Origin: Candidatus Bathyarchaeota archaeon
Lineage (GTDB): Archaea > Thermoproteota > Bathyarchaeia > Bathyarchaeales > Bathycorpusculaceae
DNA: 64,000 nucleotides
NCBI GenBank assembly: GCA_963768425.1
Contig: CAVYHV010000015.1
Location: 63,620 to 127,619, forward strand
Direction of reading: 5' to 3'
The position numbers and the translations under genes are program-made. A model generated the notes under the pieces. That model was not told the DNA's origin. It saw only the letters and a program-made list of their open reading frames with translations, and did not search any database. Positions 30,293 to 42,193 of the stretch are shown here, in pieces (positions within the stretch are counted from its first letter, which is position 1; the number at the start of each line of letters is the position of its first letter).

Positions 30293-31368
30293 TTATTGGT
30301 AGAGCGGGAACCTTAGCAAGGCTGCGATGCCTCCTAGACTTAGGAGTTTTGCTCCTGCTTCATGTTCTGTGCTGATTACGTTTACGTTTGCACGGCGCCT
30401 CTCCGCTTCCCGCATGAGTCCCTCAAGCTTTAGCCGCTGCGCTTCGTCGGCATCGCGAATAGCTGTGTCTGCAATCACAAGTTTCTCAACTGCTCCCAAA
30501 TTGACTGCGTTCTCCACAGAATCAAACCCATAGGTTACTGTGCCTTCGCCTTTGCCAAGCCGCTTCATGACTTCCTCGATGGACTCCATTTCCTCCAAGA
30601 AGCGAAGTTTGTGGGAAGCCTTCAACAAAACACCGCTGCGCAATGCTTCGTCGATGCCTGCTGTTCCGCCGTTATTGACGCTTTTGATGTCAGCGACACA
30701 TTTGGATATTTCCGGGGCTTCTTCATTTAGGTATCTTACGAAGTCAGTTTTGACGTAACCAGCGCCTATGATAACGATTGGGTTGCGGTTTGGGGTCCAA
30801 AGTTTCTCGAGGCTGTTCAAAGCCAAGCGAAAGTATGCTTTTGTTGCTTCTACCCGTTTGTCAGCTTCATGTTTTCCGGGGAGCCGCATGCGTTGTTCCA
30901 CTCGGGTTTCGTACCCGTACTGTTTGGTTTCTGCTATGGCGAAGCCTTCGTCGTCGATCGAAATTATCAGCATAGGTTTCTCGGTTTGACTTGCTTTCTC
31001 AAGTCTGTCTAGCAGGTGAGCTGCCACTCGGTCTTTACAATAGTCACAGGTTTATCGAGCGAAATACTTAGTGTGTGATGGGCTCCGGTGGGGATGATGT
31101 CAGGTGCATGGCAGATTAATCCGTGGACGCGCAGCCTGCCGAGGAATTTGTCCCAACTGACCGATTCCACTTTGACCCCCATAAAAGCGGAAACACGTTC
31201 GGCGCTTTTCGGACGACTCGTTTCAGTGTCGCTTTTTATGGCTCTACTGCTGTATGCGTAGACCTCATCGCTCTTGTAAATGACGTTGTAGAGGTGCCAC
31301 AAGTCATCCGGCGAGTCAGGAACCACTTTGACGAAACCTTGCCGCAGGTTTTTCTCGATAATCTTCAC
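30293..31368 (-). CDS. pelA: Pelota ribosome rescue factor (one base missing at ~31025)
   Basis: DDLWHLYNVI, RLRVHG.I, G.HHTL, then TYG and STEHEAGAKLLSLGGIAALLRF; adding one base after GAGTGG joins both ORFs into 358 aa. Confidence 0.92.
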
Positions 31369-31524
31369 AACACGCACTTCTAGTGAGGCTAATTGCGCAC
31401 AAAGAAATAAAAACATATTACTGCTTTGTTTTCAAAACCAGAATCTTTCAAACAAGCGCAAACCAATTTGTGGACAAACCTTAAATTTTCCTATTTCCCT
31501 AGTTTATCTGTTAACTATTTTTAG

Positions 31525-31896
31525 GTGAGTTTTATGTCTGAAACGTTTGAAGGTTTCATGTGCAAATATATCCAGGGTCAAACACTCATTTTCAAAAAAT
31601 ACCTCTTAGCAGCATTAGACAGCCAGGACAAATCTCTCTGCTACTTAGATATGAGTATGGGAACACCTCTCCCGTCGATGGATGTCAAGAACTGCGAGTT
31701 GCTTACTGACGCTGGTCTTTTCCGTGAAGAAGTCAAAACTACTCGGGATGGCCGCAACAGATACGAACTGTTTTACCTGACTGATTTAGGCATGGAAATG
31801 GTAGAGAAAATTAAAGAACAAAACTACACAGAGGATATTCCTCAAAGCCTCCAAGTTGCGGGATCCGCAAGCGAACAAACTAAACTGCAGCAATAA
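31525..31896 (+). CDS. Winged-helix-like hypothetical protein
   Basis: LTDAGLF...RDGRNRYELFYLTDLG wing pattern. Confidence 0.6.
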   Translation: MSFMSETFEGFMCKYIQGQTLIFKKYLLAALDSQDKSLCYLDMSMGTPLPSMDVKNCELLTDAGLFREEVKTTRDGRNRYELFYLTDLGMEMVEKIKEQNYTEDIPQSLQVAGSASEQTKLQQ

Positions 31897-31965
31897 AATA
31901 AAACGCTATCTTATTCTAAAAGAGAAAAGAGTTCGGGAAAAAAAATTCCCGTTTTTTTCTGCTGA

Positions 31966-34182
31966 CTAAATTAGATGTAGCAGGTTGATGAATAGCGGGA
32001 TGAAGACGATTGATAGTGTGCTGAGCAGTTTTATCAGTACATGAAGGCTTGGTCCTGCAGTGTCTTTTAATGGGTCGCCGACTGTGTCGCCTACTACCGC
32101 TGCTGCGTGAGCTGGCGAGCCTTTGCCGCCGTATTTGCCGGTTTCAATGAATTTCTTTGCATTGTCCCATGCTCCACCGCCAGTATTCATGAATAGTGCT
32201 AGAGGAACAGCCGATATTGTTGCGCCGATTACGAATGCGCCTACAGCTTCAGGTCCCAGAAGGACACCGATTATTATTGGAACGATGACAAGGATTAGTC
32301 CTGGAAGCACCATGCCTTTTAATGCAGCTTTTGTGCTGATGTCTACTGCTTTGCCGTATTCGGGTTTGCCTGTGCCTTCCATGATGCCTGGGATTTCTCT
32401 GAATTGCCGTCTGACTTCGTCCACCATCTCACCGGCTGCTTTGCCTACAGCGCTGATTGCTTGTGACGAGAAGAAGAATGGCAGCATTGCTCCGATGAAG
32501 CCCGCGATTAGTACGGCTGGGTTAGAGATGTCTACGACGAAGGGTTTGCCTGTGTGTGTGGTGACTTCCGAAGCATATGTTTGGAATAGCAGTTGCGCTG
32601 CAAGTAGAGCTGAACCGAGTGCGAATCCTTTGGTCAGTGCTTTGGTGGTGTTGCCAACTGCGTCTAGGGCTTCCATTGTTTCTTCTGCGCCGCCTTCACC
32701 TGACATTTCAGCTATGCCTGCTGCGTTGTCAGCGATTGGCCCGAAGCCGTCGAGTGCAAGAACCATGCCCATGACTGCAAGCATGCCCATGGTGGCGAGT
32801 GTGGTTCCGTAGATTCCGCCTATGAACGGAGTAATTTGGGCTACGTGGTTGACGTTCCATGAAATTGCGAATTGGGTTCCGAAGTAGTATGACGTTATCA
32901 ATGCTACTACCAGTGAAACGATTGGCAGCGCTGTAGTTTCAAGTCCCACTGCAAAGCCTGTAATTATGTTCGTTGCGGCTCCTGTTTGGCTAGCTTTAGC
33001 AATACGTCCAACTGGGCCGCGGTCGCTTCCAGTGTAGTAGTCGGTGATATAGTCGATTGCTACGCTTGCGCCTAAGCCTGAGAGCAGGCAGAAGTACAGG
33101 TAGAAGAAAGTTAGTGAGAACGATCCGTTGCCTAACAGGAAAATTGTCGCAAACAGGAACAAAACACCAGACACTATCGTGGTTACCATGAGGCCTTTTC
33201 TTAGAGCTTTCATTGGGTGCTTAGCTTCTGCCTCGTTAAGCTTCACGAAGGGCATGCCGACCAAGGTTGAAAAAATTCCTAATGCTCGAGCGATCAGCGG
33301 GAAAATCAGAAATATGAGGTTCCCCGTGGCTATGCTGATTAAGCCACCGATAATCATGCCGCCGATGTTCTCCCCAGTGGCAGATTCGAACAAGTCTGCG
33401 CCTCTTCCAGCCGAATCACCGACGTTGTCGCCGACGTTATCAGCTATGACTGCGGGGTTGCGTGGATCGTCTTCAGGGATGCCTGCTTCAACTTTGCCAA
33501 CAAGGTCTGCGCCCACGTCTGCTGCTTTAGTGTAGATTCCGCCTCCGAGTTGGGCGAACAATGCAATTAATGAAGCGCCAAAACCCATACCAACAATGCC
33601 GCTTATTGAAAACGCTTTTATCTGTGCTGCGGAGGTTGCAGCGTCAAGATGGTTGAATAAAATGTTATAGCCGCCGTAAAACAGGAATAGAAAACTTACG
33701 CCTAAAAGAGATAAACCGACAACCGCCATACCCATTGTTGCGCCGCCGTAAAAAGCGGTTTTAAGCGCTTTTTCTGCGCCATATTCTTTTGCCGCCGCAA
33801 CAGTGCGAACGTTCGCTTTGGTGGCGTTATCCATGGCTATGTAGCCTGCAGCTAATGAAGCGACTGCACCGATGAGGAAGGCTGCCGCCGTGCCTAAACC
33901 AAGAAAACCAGTTGGCAGGGCAACCCAAAGCAATACGAAGACAACTACAGTGATAATCGCGATTGTTGTGTATTGCCTCTTCAGGAAAGCGTATGCACCT
34001 TCCCGAATTGCACTTCCCACTTCTTGGGCTTTTGGTCCGCCGGGGCTCATTTTGCCTATGTAACGCATAAGCAAAAGTGAAGCAAGAACGGCAATAACAC
34101 CTGCAACAGGTGCAATCCAAAATACGAGTGTAGAAACTGAGCTAACAGATGATGTTACTAATGCTTGTAAGGGTATGAGCAT
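31966..34182 (-). CDS. hppA: Membrane-integral pyrophosphatase, K+-independent H+-pumping type
   Basis: GGGIYTKAADVGADLVGKVE, DNVGDNVGD, GDTVGDPLKD; GNTTKA (Lys marks the K+-independent class). Confidence 0.95.
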   Translation of the reverse strand: MLIPLQALVTSSVSSVSTLVFWIAPVAGVIAVLASLLLMRYIGKMSPGGPKAQEVGSAIREGAYAFLKRQYTTIAIITVVVFVLLWVALPTGFLGLGTAAAFLIGAVASLAAGYIAMDNATKANVRTVAAAKEYGAEKALKTAFYGGATMGMAVVGLSLLGVSFLFLFYGGYNILFNHLDAATSAAQIKAFSISGIVGMGFGASLIALFAQLGGGIYTKAADVGADLVGKVEAGIPEDDPRNPAVIADNVGDNVGDSAGRGADLFESATGENIGGMIIGGLISIATGNLIFLIFPLIARALGIFSTLVGMPFVKLNEAEAKHPMKALRKGLMVTTIVSGVLFLFATIFLLGNGSFSLTFFYLYFCLLSGLGASVAIDYITDYYTGSDRGPVGRIAKASQTGAATNIITGFAVGLETTALPIVSLVVALITSYYFGTQFAISWNVNHVAQITPFIGGIYGTTLATMGMLAVMGMVLALDGFGPIADNAAGIAEMSGEGGAEETMEALDAVGNTTKALTKGFALGSALLAAQLLFQTYASEVTTHTGKPFVVDISNPAVLIAGFIGAMLPFFFSSQAISAVGKAAGEMVDEVRRQFREIPGIMEGTGKPEYGKAVDISTKAALKGMVLPGLILVIVPIIIGVLLGPEAVGAFVIGATISAVPLALFMNTGGGAWDNAKKFIETGKYGGKGSPAHAAAVVGDTVGDPLKDTAGPSLHVLIKLLSTLSIVFIPLFINLLHLI

Positions 34183-34361
34183 GTTCTACAAGCCATGTCC
34201 ATTTTCCTTATATGTTTTTCTAATACGTTTTGAAAATGGTATGATTAAAAAAGAAAATTTAACGAATAAGTTAAAAAATCATTATGCTAATTCGGAATTC
34301 CCCTTGCATTTTTAAGCAACCGCCGCGTATCTCAATTCTAACCTTTAAAAGGGATTATCTG

Positions 34362-35489
34362 ATGCCTTCAAGACTGATAGTTGTCAAGGTAGGAACCAGC
34401 GGCATAACAACCAGCGAGGGAAACCTAGACCAGGAACAAATGCAGAAATTAACCAGCCAAATTGCAACTGCCACAAAACAGGGTGACAAAGTCGTCCTTG
34501 TGACTTCAGGGGCAGTTGCGGCGGGTATAGCGGAGCTCGGTATCCCTCCCAAACCCAATGATGTGGTTTTTCAGCAGGCAGCTGCTGCTATGGGTCAAAA
34601 CGTTTTGATGGCGATGTACCGTGAACTTTTCAAGGCGCATGGGCTAAAGGTTGCTCAGATCCTACTTACCGCGGAAGATCTTTCGAACCGGGTGTCCTAT
34701 GTGCACACATGTAACGTTCTAAACATGCTTTTGAAAATAGGTGTCACCCCAATAATTAACGAGAACGACGTGACCTCTGTGGCTGAGTTGCGACAGAAAG
34801 AGGGGTACAAAGTGAACTTTAGTGATAATGATATCCTCTCAGTTTTGGTGGCGAATGCTATCGGCGCAGACATGATCATCATACTCTCCGACGTCGAAGG
34901 CTTGTACACTGCTGACCCCCAAGAGTCAGGTGCAGAGTTGATTAAAACCGTTCAAGCCATAACGCCTGAACTCAAAAACTCGCTTAGCGGCAAAAGCAAG
35001 CTGGGCAGGGGCGGCATTCAAAGCAAAATTAAAGCGGCTGAAATCGCGACATCATGCGGTATCCCAGTGGTCATTGCGAACAGCCGAAGAGAAAACGTTA
35101 TCATAGACATTCTTTCGGGAAAAGACACTGGCACATTCTTCAAAGCCCAGAATCCCATGTCGGCGGTTAAACGTTGGATAGCTTACGGAGCCGCAGTCAA
35201 AGGCGAGATCCATGTTAATGCAGGCGCTAAAAAAGCCATTCTTGACGGTTCAAGTCTTTTGCCCGTTGGCATAACCTGCGTTGTGGGGCATTTTAACGTT
35301 GGCGATGTCGTCAGCATCATGGATGAGTGCAAGGTCGAGTTCGCTAAAGGCAACCCTAACTTTTCCAGCGGCGAGTTGAACCTGATTAAGGGCTGCCATG
35401 CAAGTGAAGTGCAGAAGAAGCTTGGGTCAGATAAACCTAAAGAAGCTGTAGAGCATAGGAATATCCATCTTATCGGGGAAGAAAAATGA
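34362..35489 (+). CDS. proB: Glutamate 5-kinase with PUA domain
   Basis: VVKVGTS, TSGAVAAG, INENDV, FSDND, C-terminal PUA (SLLPVGI). Confidence 0.95.
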   Translation: MPSRLIVVKVGTSGITTSEGNLDQEQMQKLTSQIATATKQGDKVVLVTSGAVAAGIAELGIPPKPNDVVFQQAAAAMGQNVLMAMYRELFKAHGLKVAQILLTAEDLSNRVSYVHTCNVLNMLLKIGVTPIINENDVTSVAELRQKEGYKVNFSDNDILSVLVANAIGADMIIILSDVEGLYTADPQESGAELIKTVQAITPELKNSLSGKSKLGRGGIQSKIKAAEIATSCGIPVVIANSRRENVIIDILSGKDTGTFFKAQNPMSAVKRWIAYGAAVKGEIHVNAGAKKAILDGSSLLPVGITCVVGHFNVGDVVSIMDECKVEFAKGNPNFSSGELNLIKGCHASEVQKKLGSDKPKEAVEHRNIHLIGEEK

Positions 35490-36727
35490 TAACTGAAATG
35501 TGTAAAAAAGCCAAAGCTGCCTCAGTTGAAATGGCTAAGCTTACGGCTGAAGCTAAGAACACGGCGCTTTGCAGAATGGCAAATGCATTGGAGGCGAACA
35601 CCGAGAAGATTTTGACCGCAAACTTGACGGACGTGGACGCTGCCATGCACAGCGGGCTAAAAACGGCGTTGATTGACCGCTTGGCCCTTGACCAACGCAA
35701 AATTCAAGCCATGGCTAAGGGTCTAAGAGAAGTTTCAGCTTTGCCTGACCCCATCGGCACAATCCTAAACACATGGACACGCCCCAACGGGTTGATAATT
35801 AGTCAAGTTCGCGTGCCTCTGGGCGTTATCGGAATCATTTACGAGTCTCGGCCTGACGTTACTTCGGATGCAGCGGGAATCTGCATCAAATCAGGAAACG
35901 CCGTCATACTGCGAGGTGGCTCTGACGCGTTGAACTCCAACGTCACGATCGGCGAGGTTCTAAGGGATGCGCTGCTAGGAACCCAAGTGCCTGTTGACGC
36001 CCTCCAAGTTGTAGAATCTGCCGATCGCCATTTGGTTGAGGAGTTGATGCGGATGCGTGAGTACATTGATGTTCTTATTCCCAGAGGAGGCGCAGACTTA
36101 ATAAAAACGGTCGTTGAAACTTCACGTATCCCAGTAATTGAGACGGGAACAGGCAACTGCCACGTTTACGTTGAAGAAGACGCCGACCTCGAAAAAGCCA
36201 CACCTATCGTCATAAACGCAAAATGCCAAAGACCTGGAACATGTAACGCCACCGAGAAGCTTCTGGTTCACAGCAAAATCGCTGCAAGATACCTGCCAGT
36301 TGTGATTGCGGCTCTTAGAGAAAAAGGCGTGGAAGTTCGCGGCGACGAGGAAACCCGCAAGATCGTTCCCGACGTTAAAGCAGCGATGGAAGAGGACTGG
36401 TACACCGAATACCTTGACCTAATTATCGGTGTGAAAATCGTAAAAAACCTCGACGAAGCAATTGCTCACATCAACAAATACGGAACCCACCACTCTGACT
36501 CTATACTTACAGCTGACTTCGACAAGGCGATGCGGTTCATACGGGAAATTGATTCAGCTGCCGTTTACTGGAACGCTTCAACACGGTTCACTGACGGAAA
36601 CCAGTTTGGGTTAGGCGCGGAAATCGGCATAAGCACACAGAAGCTTCACGCACGGGGACCTATGAGTGTGCAGCACCTCACCACAACAAAATATGTAGTG
36701 CTGGGCAGCGGACAAATAAGAAAGTGA
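35486..36727 (+). CDS. proA: Gamma-glutamyl phosphate reductase
   Basis: VPLGVIGIIYESRP, CNATE, NASTRFTDG..FGLGAEIGISTQKLHARGP. Confidence 0.96.
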   Translation: MITEMCKKAKAASVEMAKLTAEAKNTALCRMANALEANTEKILTANLTDVDAAMHSGLKTALIDRLALDQRKIQAMAKGLREVSALPDPIGTILNTWTRPNGLIISQVRVPLGVIGIIYESRPDVTSDAAGICIKSGNAVILRGGSDALNSNVTIGEVLRDALLGTQVPVDALQVVESADRHLVEELMRMREYIDVLIPRGGADLIKTVVETSRIPVIETGTGNCHVYVEEDADLEKATPIVINAKCQRPGTCNATEKLLVHSKIAARYLPVVIAALREKGVEVRGDEETRKIVPDVKAAMEEDWYTEYLDLIIGVKIVKNLDEAIAHINKYGTHHSDSILTADFDKAMRFIREIDSAAVYWNASTRFTDGNQFGLGAEIGISTQKLHARGPMSVQHLTTTKYVVLGSGQIRK

Positions 36728-36769
36728 TCTAGAACAGATCCACCAGCATTTGTTGGTGGGTTGTTTTTC

Positions 36770-38302
36770 TTATAGTGTGGGTATCGTCGGGATTATTGTT
36801 TGTAGTTGGTTGACGACTGGGTGGATTAGGTTGAGCACGACGGATGGGAAGATGCCTATGAAGATCAGTGTTCCCGCCATGATAAAGATTGGAACGAGGA
36901 TGCGTTTTGGCTCTTTTATTGCGGTTTCGTCTGTGGCTTTCTTGCCGTAGAAGACGTAGATTAAGCGGAACAGGTAAGCGGTTTGCAGCACGCTTGTGAT
37001 TATTCCGATGACTGCCAGCCATGCTAAGTTGCCTTGTATTGCGGCGGTGAAGACGAAGAATTTGGCGAAGAAGCCTCCGAACGGTGGGACTCCTGCGAAT
37101 GATAAACTAGCCATCACTAATGCTAAGCATGCGAGCGGCATTTTTTTGCCGAGTCCTGACATGTCGTCTATGGTTTTGAATCCATGGCTGTTGATGACTC
37201 CGATTGCCATGAAGGCTAGTCCTGTTGTGATGCCTCCGACTAGGAAGAAGTAGAGGTTGCTTGTTATGCCTAAGGCGGTTACGCTTGTTATAGCTACGAG
37301 GTTGTAGCCGACGTCTGCAACGCAGATGTACGCGATTAAACGTTTTACGTTGGTTTGTATGAGTGCGAATAGGTTGCCGACTACCATGGTTACTGATGCC
37401 AACGCTGCTAACATTAAGGTCCAATCTAACACTGCGTTTGGACCTTTTGGAACTATGATGTATAGGAGTACTCGGATGAGGATGTAGTAGCTGCCTTGGT
37501 CAACTAGCGCGGATAGGAAGGATGCTGATGAAGCTGGTGCTTCGGTGTATGCGTCGGGCAGCCAAAAGTGGAATGGTACGATGGCTGCTTCAATGGCGTA
37601 GCCAGCCGCGATAAATATGAAAGCTATAATGAGGAGGTGGTTGCTGGAGCCCACGGTCTGAAGAGCGGTGCCTACACCGATGTAGTTGAGGGTTCCGGTT
37701 AAGCCGTAGACTATTGAGATGCCTAAAACCACGAAGGCTGAGGCGATGATTATCATGACGAGGTACTTGAGGGTGGCGTTGATGCTGAACGCGTTTTTCT
37801 TATAAAGCATTAGGAATGCAGCTCCTGCAGTTGCGGCTTCCCAGAATATGAAGAGGGTTAAGAGGTCGCCTGCAAGGACGGCGCCCAACAAGCCTGCTGT
37901 TGTCATAAGCATGATGGCAAAGTATCGTTCGGATGGTCGCTCGTTGTTGCCTACGCTGAAAACACTGTAGAGTACAACGACTGCGCTAAGCCCGACGATG
38001 ATTATTGACATGAAGATTGAGATAGCGTCTATCAAGAAGGCGCTTGAGAAAGCTCCGTTTGGGTTTGTCGAAACAGCGCCGTTTAAGCCTATGTTGATGA
38101 GACCTGGCGAGGAAACACTGTAGTAGCTTAAAGCGAGATTTGCTACGGTGGCTCCCGCAACCGCGAAGACGGCGACGAACCAACCTACGGTCAGGGTTGT
38201 CGGGTTGGAGCTTTTGCGTATCAGTCTAAACACTGGGATTGTTAAGAGCGCTGCAATGACGAGAGTCAATATCGGTAATAATATGTCTATAACTTGAACC
38301 AT
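36770..38302 (-). CDS. NuoN/MrpD-like antiporter subunit of group 4 hydrogenase
   Basis: LFIFWE, VPFHFWLPDAY.EAP, KRLIAY, AGVPPFGGFFAK. Confidence 0.9.
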   Translation of the reverse strand: MVQVIDILLPILTLVIAALLTIPVFRLIRKSSNPTTLTVGWFVAVFAVAGATVANLALSYYSVSSPGLINIGLNGAVSTNPNGAFSSAFLIDAISIFMSIIIVGLSAVVVLYSVFSVGNNERPSERYFAIMLMTTAGLLGAVLAGDLLTLFIFWEAATAGAAFLMLYKKNAFSINATLKYLVMIIIASAFVVLGISIVYGLTGTLNYIGVGTALQTVGSSNHLLIIAFIFIAAGYAIEAAIVPFHFWLPDAYTEAPASSASFLSALVDQGSYYILIRVLLYIIVPKGPNAVLDWTLMLAALASVTMVVGNLFALIQTNVKRLIAYICVADVGYNLVAITSVTALGITSNLYFFLVGGITTGLAFMAIGVINSHGFKTIDDMSGLGKKMPLACLALVMASLSFAGVPPFGGFFAKFFVFTAAIQGNLAWLAVIGIITSVLQTAYLFRLIYVFYGKKATDETAIKEPKRILVPIFIMAGTLIFIGIFPSVVLNLIHPVVNQLQTIIPTIPTL

Positions 38303-38308
38303 TTCAGG

Positions 38309-39900
38309 TCACCTACCACCCATACTCACCGTTTGAATTAGATGTATGAAGAACGACGGGTAAATCCCGACGAGAACAACTAGAACCACAAGGATAGCGA
38401 ATGAAAGTTTAATGTAGTTTGGCACGTCGGAAGACTTTGTGGTGGTGCTCGCTGTCTTTCGCCGCTTCAGCTGCTTCAGCTTCCTCGGCTTCAACAGGTT
38501 CATCTTTTGGTTCTCCGAAGAAAATCATCGAAACGAATCTTAGCATGTAAGCCAGCGACAGAACTGTTGCGACAAGCATCAGGGCTGTGGGTATAATGTA
38601 GAATGAGTCAACCCGCATAACGTCGAAGGCTCCGACGAAAATCAGGAATTCACTGATGAAACACGCAAACGGCGGCGCTCCACCTATGCTTAGAGCCGCA
38701 ATGGTTGATGAAACGGCTGTGAAGGGCATTTTGCTTGCTAAGACCGCCCATCTTGCGGATGTCTCGTTTTTCGGTTTGATGCATGATGCCGCCTGCGGTA
38801 AGGAAGAGCAGCCCTTTGCTAAGGGCGTGACTGATGATATGAAGTACCGTTCCCGTAATTGCTATTGCAGACGATAGCAACACGACAGTTCCTGCGGCAG
38901 CGTTTGCTGGGAAAAGCGAAAGCCCAAACATTATGTAGCCCATGTGGGCGATACTTGAGTAAGCAATAAGCCGTTTTATATCTGTTGAAACCAACGCTAT
39001 CAGCGAGCCGAAGAACGCTGAGAGGATGCCGACTATGGAGAGGGCATGCAGGAAGTTTGTTCCGAAAGTTATGTCTACAGCTGGGAAAACCATTCCCAGT
39101 GATAGACGCAAAATTGCGTAAGCTCCCGCGCTGATTATGACTCCGCTAAGAAGTGCGGACATGGGTGCTGGCGCTTCGGAGTGTGCGTCGGGGAGCCAAA
39201 TGTGGACAGGGATAACCGCCATTTTAACGGCGAATCCGGCGGTTAACGCGATGAGCGCCCATTGGACGAGGCTTGTGCCCGCCGCATTATCGATTAGCCA
39301 CTTTTGGGCGAGAAACATGTCGGATGTTCCTGAGAAAATATAGATTGCGCCTAAGCCTAACAGGACGAAGACGGCTCCTGCATGTGTCCATACGAAGAGT
39401 TTGAAGGCTTGTTTGTAGCTGTCTTTGTAGCCCCATTCGCCGACTATGAAGTAGGCTGGGACAAGCATGAGTTCCCAGCAGAGGTAGAAGAGGATGAAGT
39501 TGGACGTTATGAAGACGCCGACTAACCCAACGGAGAGCATGGCGAGCAAGGCATAGTAAACGGCCAAGTGTTTTTTGCCTGCCATGTAGTTTATTGAGAA
39601 CAGCGCTGCAACTAGGATTAGGGCTAGGCTGACAAGGGCTATGGATGCGCTGATGCCGTCAGTGAAAAGCGTGAATTTGATGGATATGCTTCCAGTCGTG
39701 AACCAAGTGTAAGATTCAACGTAGCGGTGCAATGAACTGTTAAGAATTGTGGGCACCGTGGAGAGAACAAGCAGTATGTTGACTAAAGCGATTAACGCGA
39801 CGAAGATTGCTGCCCACTTCGGGGATTTCTTGCCGACCAAATAGACGAAGGGTATGCTGATTGCGGGAATTAGGAATACTGAGAGAAGAGCAAACGACAT
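38309..39900 (-). CDS. NuoM-like antiporter subunit (two +1 frameshifts at ~38740 and ~38433)
   Basis: WELMLVP, K...PVHIWLPDAHSEAP, DIKRLIAYSSIAHMG; removing two bases gives a 529-aa ORF. Confidence 0.88.
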
Positions 39901-39903
39901 TTT

Positions 39904-41876
39904 TTAGACCCCCACTGTCAAAATTAATAAAACCACGATCAGTATGAAGCCGACGATGCCGACGCGGCGATGTAGTTTTGGACTGTTGTCGACGGCACTT
40001 TTTTGAGCCGGTTAGCCGCGCGTTCTGTTCCATAGGCGAAGCTAACACTTAGCTTGTTAGCTGAATCTTCAATGTATTTGACGCCTACGGAAAGTTTGCC
40101 GATTCCTTTGGCGATCCCGCAGTATGCGTCGTCGAAGAAGTAAGCGTGATTGAGCATAGTGGCGATAGGGTTTGATCCGCCGCCGATGTTTCTTACGCCT
40201 TGGAAGTTTTGGTAGTAGCTGTAGTACAGCAGGATGAAAGTTGGAACTAAGATCGCGAGGAAGATAGGTGTCTCAATATCCGTAAATGAACCCAACAGTG
40301 AAATGCCAAGGTTGGTTAAACCTGCCGTTATCGTTGATTTTGACATGAAATCTAAGATAACAGGCATCGATAAGCCCCAGATACAGCATAAGCCTGTGAG
40401 GATAGCTGCTGGGATAAGCATGACTTTTGGAGATTCATGCACGTGCTGTTTCTTGAGGTGGTCAGATTCTTTGCCCATGAAAACCAAGCTGAACATTCGT
40501 ATGCAGTAAGCAAACGTGATTGCCGCTGTCGCGTAGAGTATTATTGCCTGTATCGTACTGGCGTGAGCAAGGCTTACAAGGCTGATGCTCGTGACGCTTG
40601 AGATGATTAAGCCTTTGCTGAAGAACGAGGCAAACGGCGGCAACCCACTGGTCGTTATAATCATTATGCCCATCAGTATGAATGATGTCGGCATTAACTT
40701 GCGTAAACCACCCATCAGACGCATGTCTCTTGTGCCGATCGCGTGGATGATGCCTCCTGCAATGAGGAATCCGAGGCCTTCGAAGAAAGCGTGACTGACC
40801 ATGTGGAATAAGCTGCCGAACCAGCCGATAGAAGCCGCTCCTGCAACAGCAGCGCCTAGCCCAGCCATCATGAAGCCTATTTGGCTTACCGTTGAGTAGG
40901 CGAGGACACCTTTGATGTCGGTTGTTGTTATTGCCAAGGTTGCGCCAACAAACGCCGTTAGGACACCTATCCAAGCGACTGTTGGGAACCAAAGCGGGTC
41001 AAGCGCTGTTATCAATGGAGCAGCAACGGAAGCGATTAGGATGAATCTTGCGAGAAGATAGATACCTGCTTTAACCATTGTGGCAGCGTGTAAGAGTGCG
41101 CTGACTGAGGTCGGAGCCTCCATTGCGCTGTACAGCCAAGTGAAAAGTGGTAGTTGGGCGGATTTGGCGATTGCGCCGCCTAACACTAGGAAGAATACGA
41201 TTGTCAGGAGTCCTGTGTTGAGGGTGTGTGCGTTATTGGTTAGGGCATTTATTATGCCTGTGAAGCTGAAGGTGTAGAGCGGTGCTTGCCCGTTGATGAT
41301 TGGACCAGCATACAATATGCCGATAGCTGCGAGCAGGGATATGTCGCCGATGCGGGTCATGATGAAGACTTTGACACCTGCATTTATCGATTCGGGGCGC
41401 TTGTACCAGAAGGCAATCAAAGCGTAGGAGCAGAGCCCCACCATTTCCCAGAAAATAAACATTTGAAGCAGGTTATCTGAAATAACTAAGCCCGCCATCG
41501 AGCCGATGAAGAGCATGATTAGGAAGTAGTATCGGGTTAACCCTTCTTCGCCTTTCATGTAGCCCCATGAGTAAACGGCGATGATTAAACCGAAGAAGGC
41601 TACGAGGCAAGCGAACAACACGCTGAGCGGGTCAATATAAACTCCTGCGTTAATCTGCGGAATCCACGGAAGCGTGTAGGTTATTGCTTTGCCGCTGCCG
41701 AACCAGACTCCTGGAATGAGCGAAAACGCTAAGCCGGCGACGGCTGCCATGATGCCTATGACGAAGTAGTTGCGGATTTTGTCGCCTTTCTTAGCTATCA
41801 CTGGAACGAATAAGCAGGCTATTAGCGGAAGTACCCAGACAGCCCATGCAGAAAATTCGGTTATGTCAAAGCTCAT
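39904..41876 (-). CDS. NuoL-like antiporter subunit (one base missing near ~39965)
   Basis: FWEMVGLCSY, KSAQLP...AMEAPTSVSALLHAATMVKAG; final TM VGIVGFILIVVLLILTVGV* lies in the shifted frame. Confidence 0.9.
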
Positions 41877-42193
41877 TGTGTTTCAGCCTCGTTTTCAGCT
41901 TTTTCTCCCATTGACTTGATGATTTTGCTAATGTCGGTAGTCCCATACTTCTTCGAAACGATTACAAGCAACGCAAGAATCACTGCGCTCACTGCAGTCT
42001 CAGTGGAGAACGCCAGAACCAGAAAAGCCTGTCCTAACCCTTGCCCCACTGCGGAGGTTAACATAACGAAGTTAAGTGTAGCGCCAATCGCGATTAACTC
42101 TATAGAGATGAACACTTTGATTAGTTGACGGTTAGTCAGCAAGCCGTAGACGCCGATCACCAAAATGACGATTGAAAGAATAACGAAGTCCAT
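41873..42193 (-). CDS. NuoK-like subunit
   Basis: IGVYGLL.NRQLIKVFISIEL, E.AV; 3 TM. Confidence 0.85.
   Translation of the reverse strand: MDFVILSIVILVIGVYGLLTNRQLIKVFISIELIAIGATLNFVMLTSAVGQGLGQAFLVLAFSTETAVSAVILALLVIVSKKYGTTDISKIIKSMGEKAENEAETQ

Noticed and set aside
31020-31030. Programmed frameshift in pelota
   Set aside because: No slippery heptamer at the junction, and many similar indels occur elsewhere; error is more parsimonious
32123-33535. Long plus-strand ORFs (229 and 135 aa)
   Set aside because: Antisense shadows of hppA
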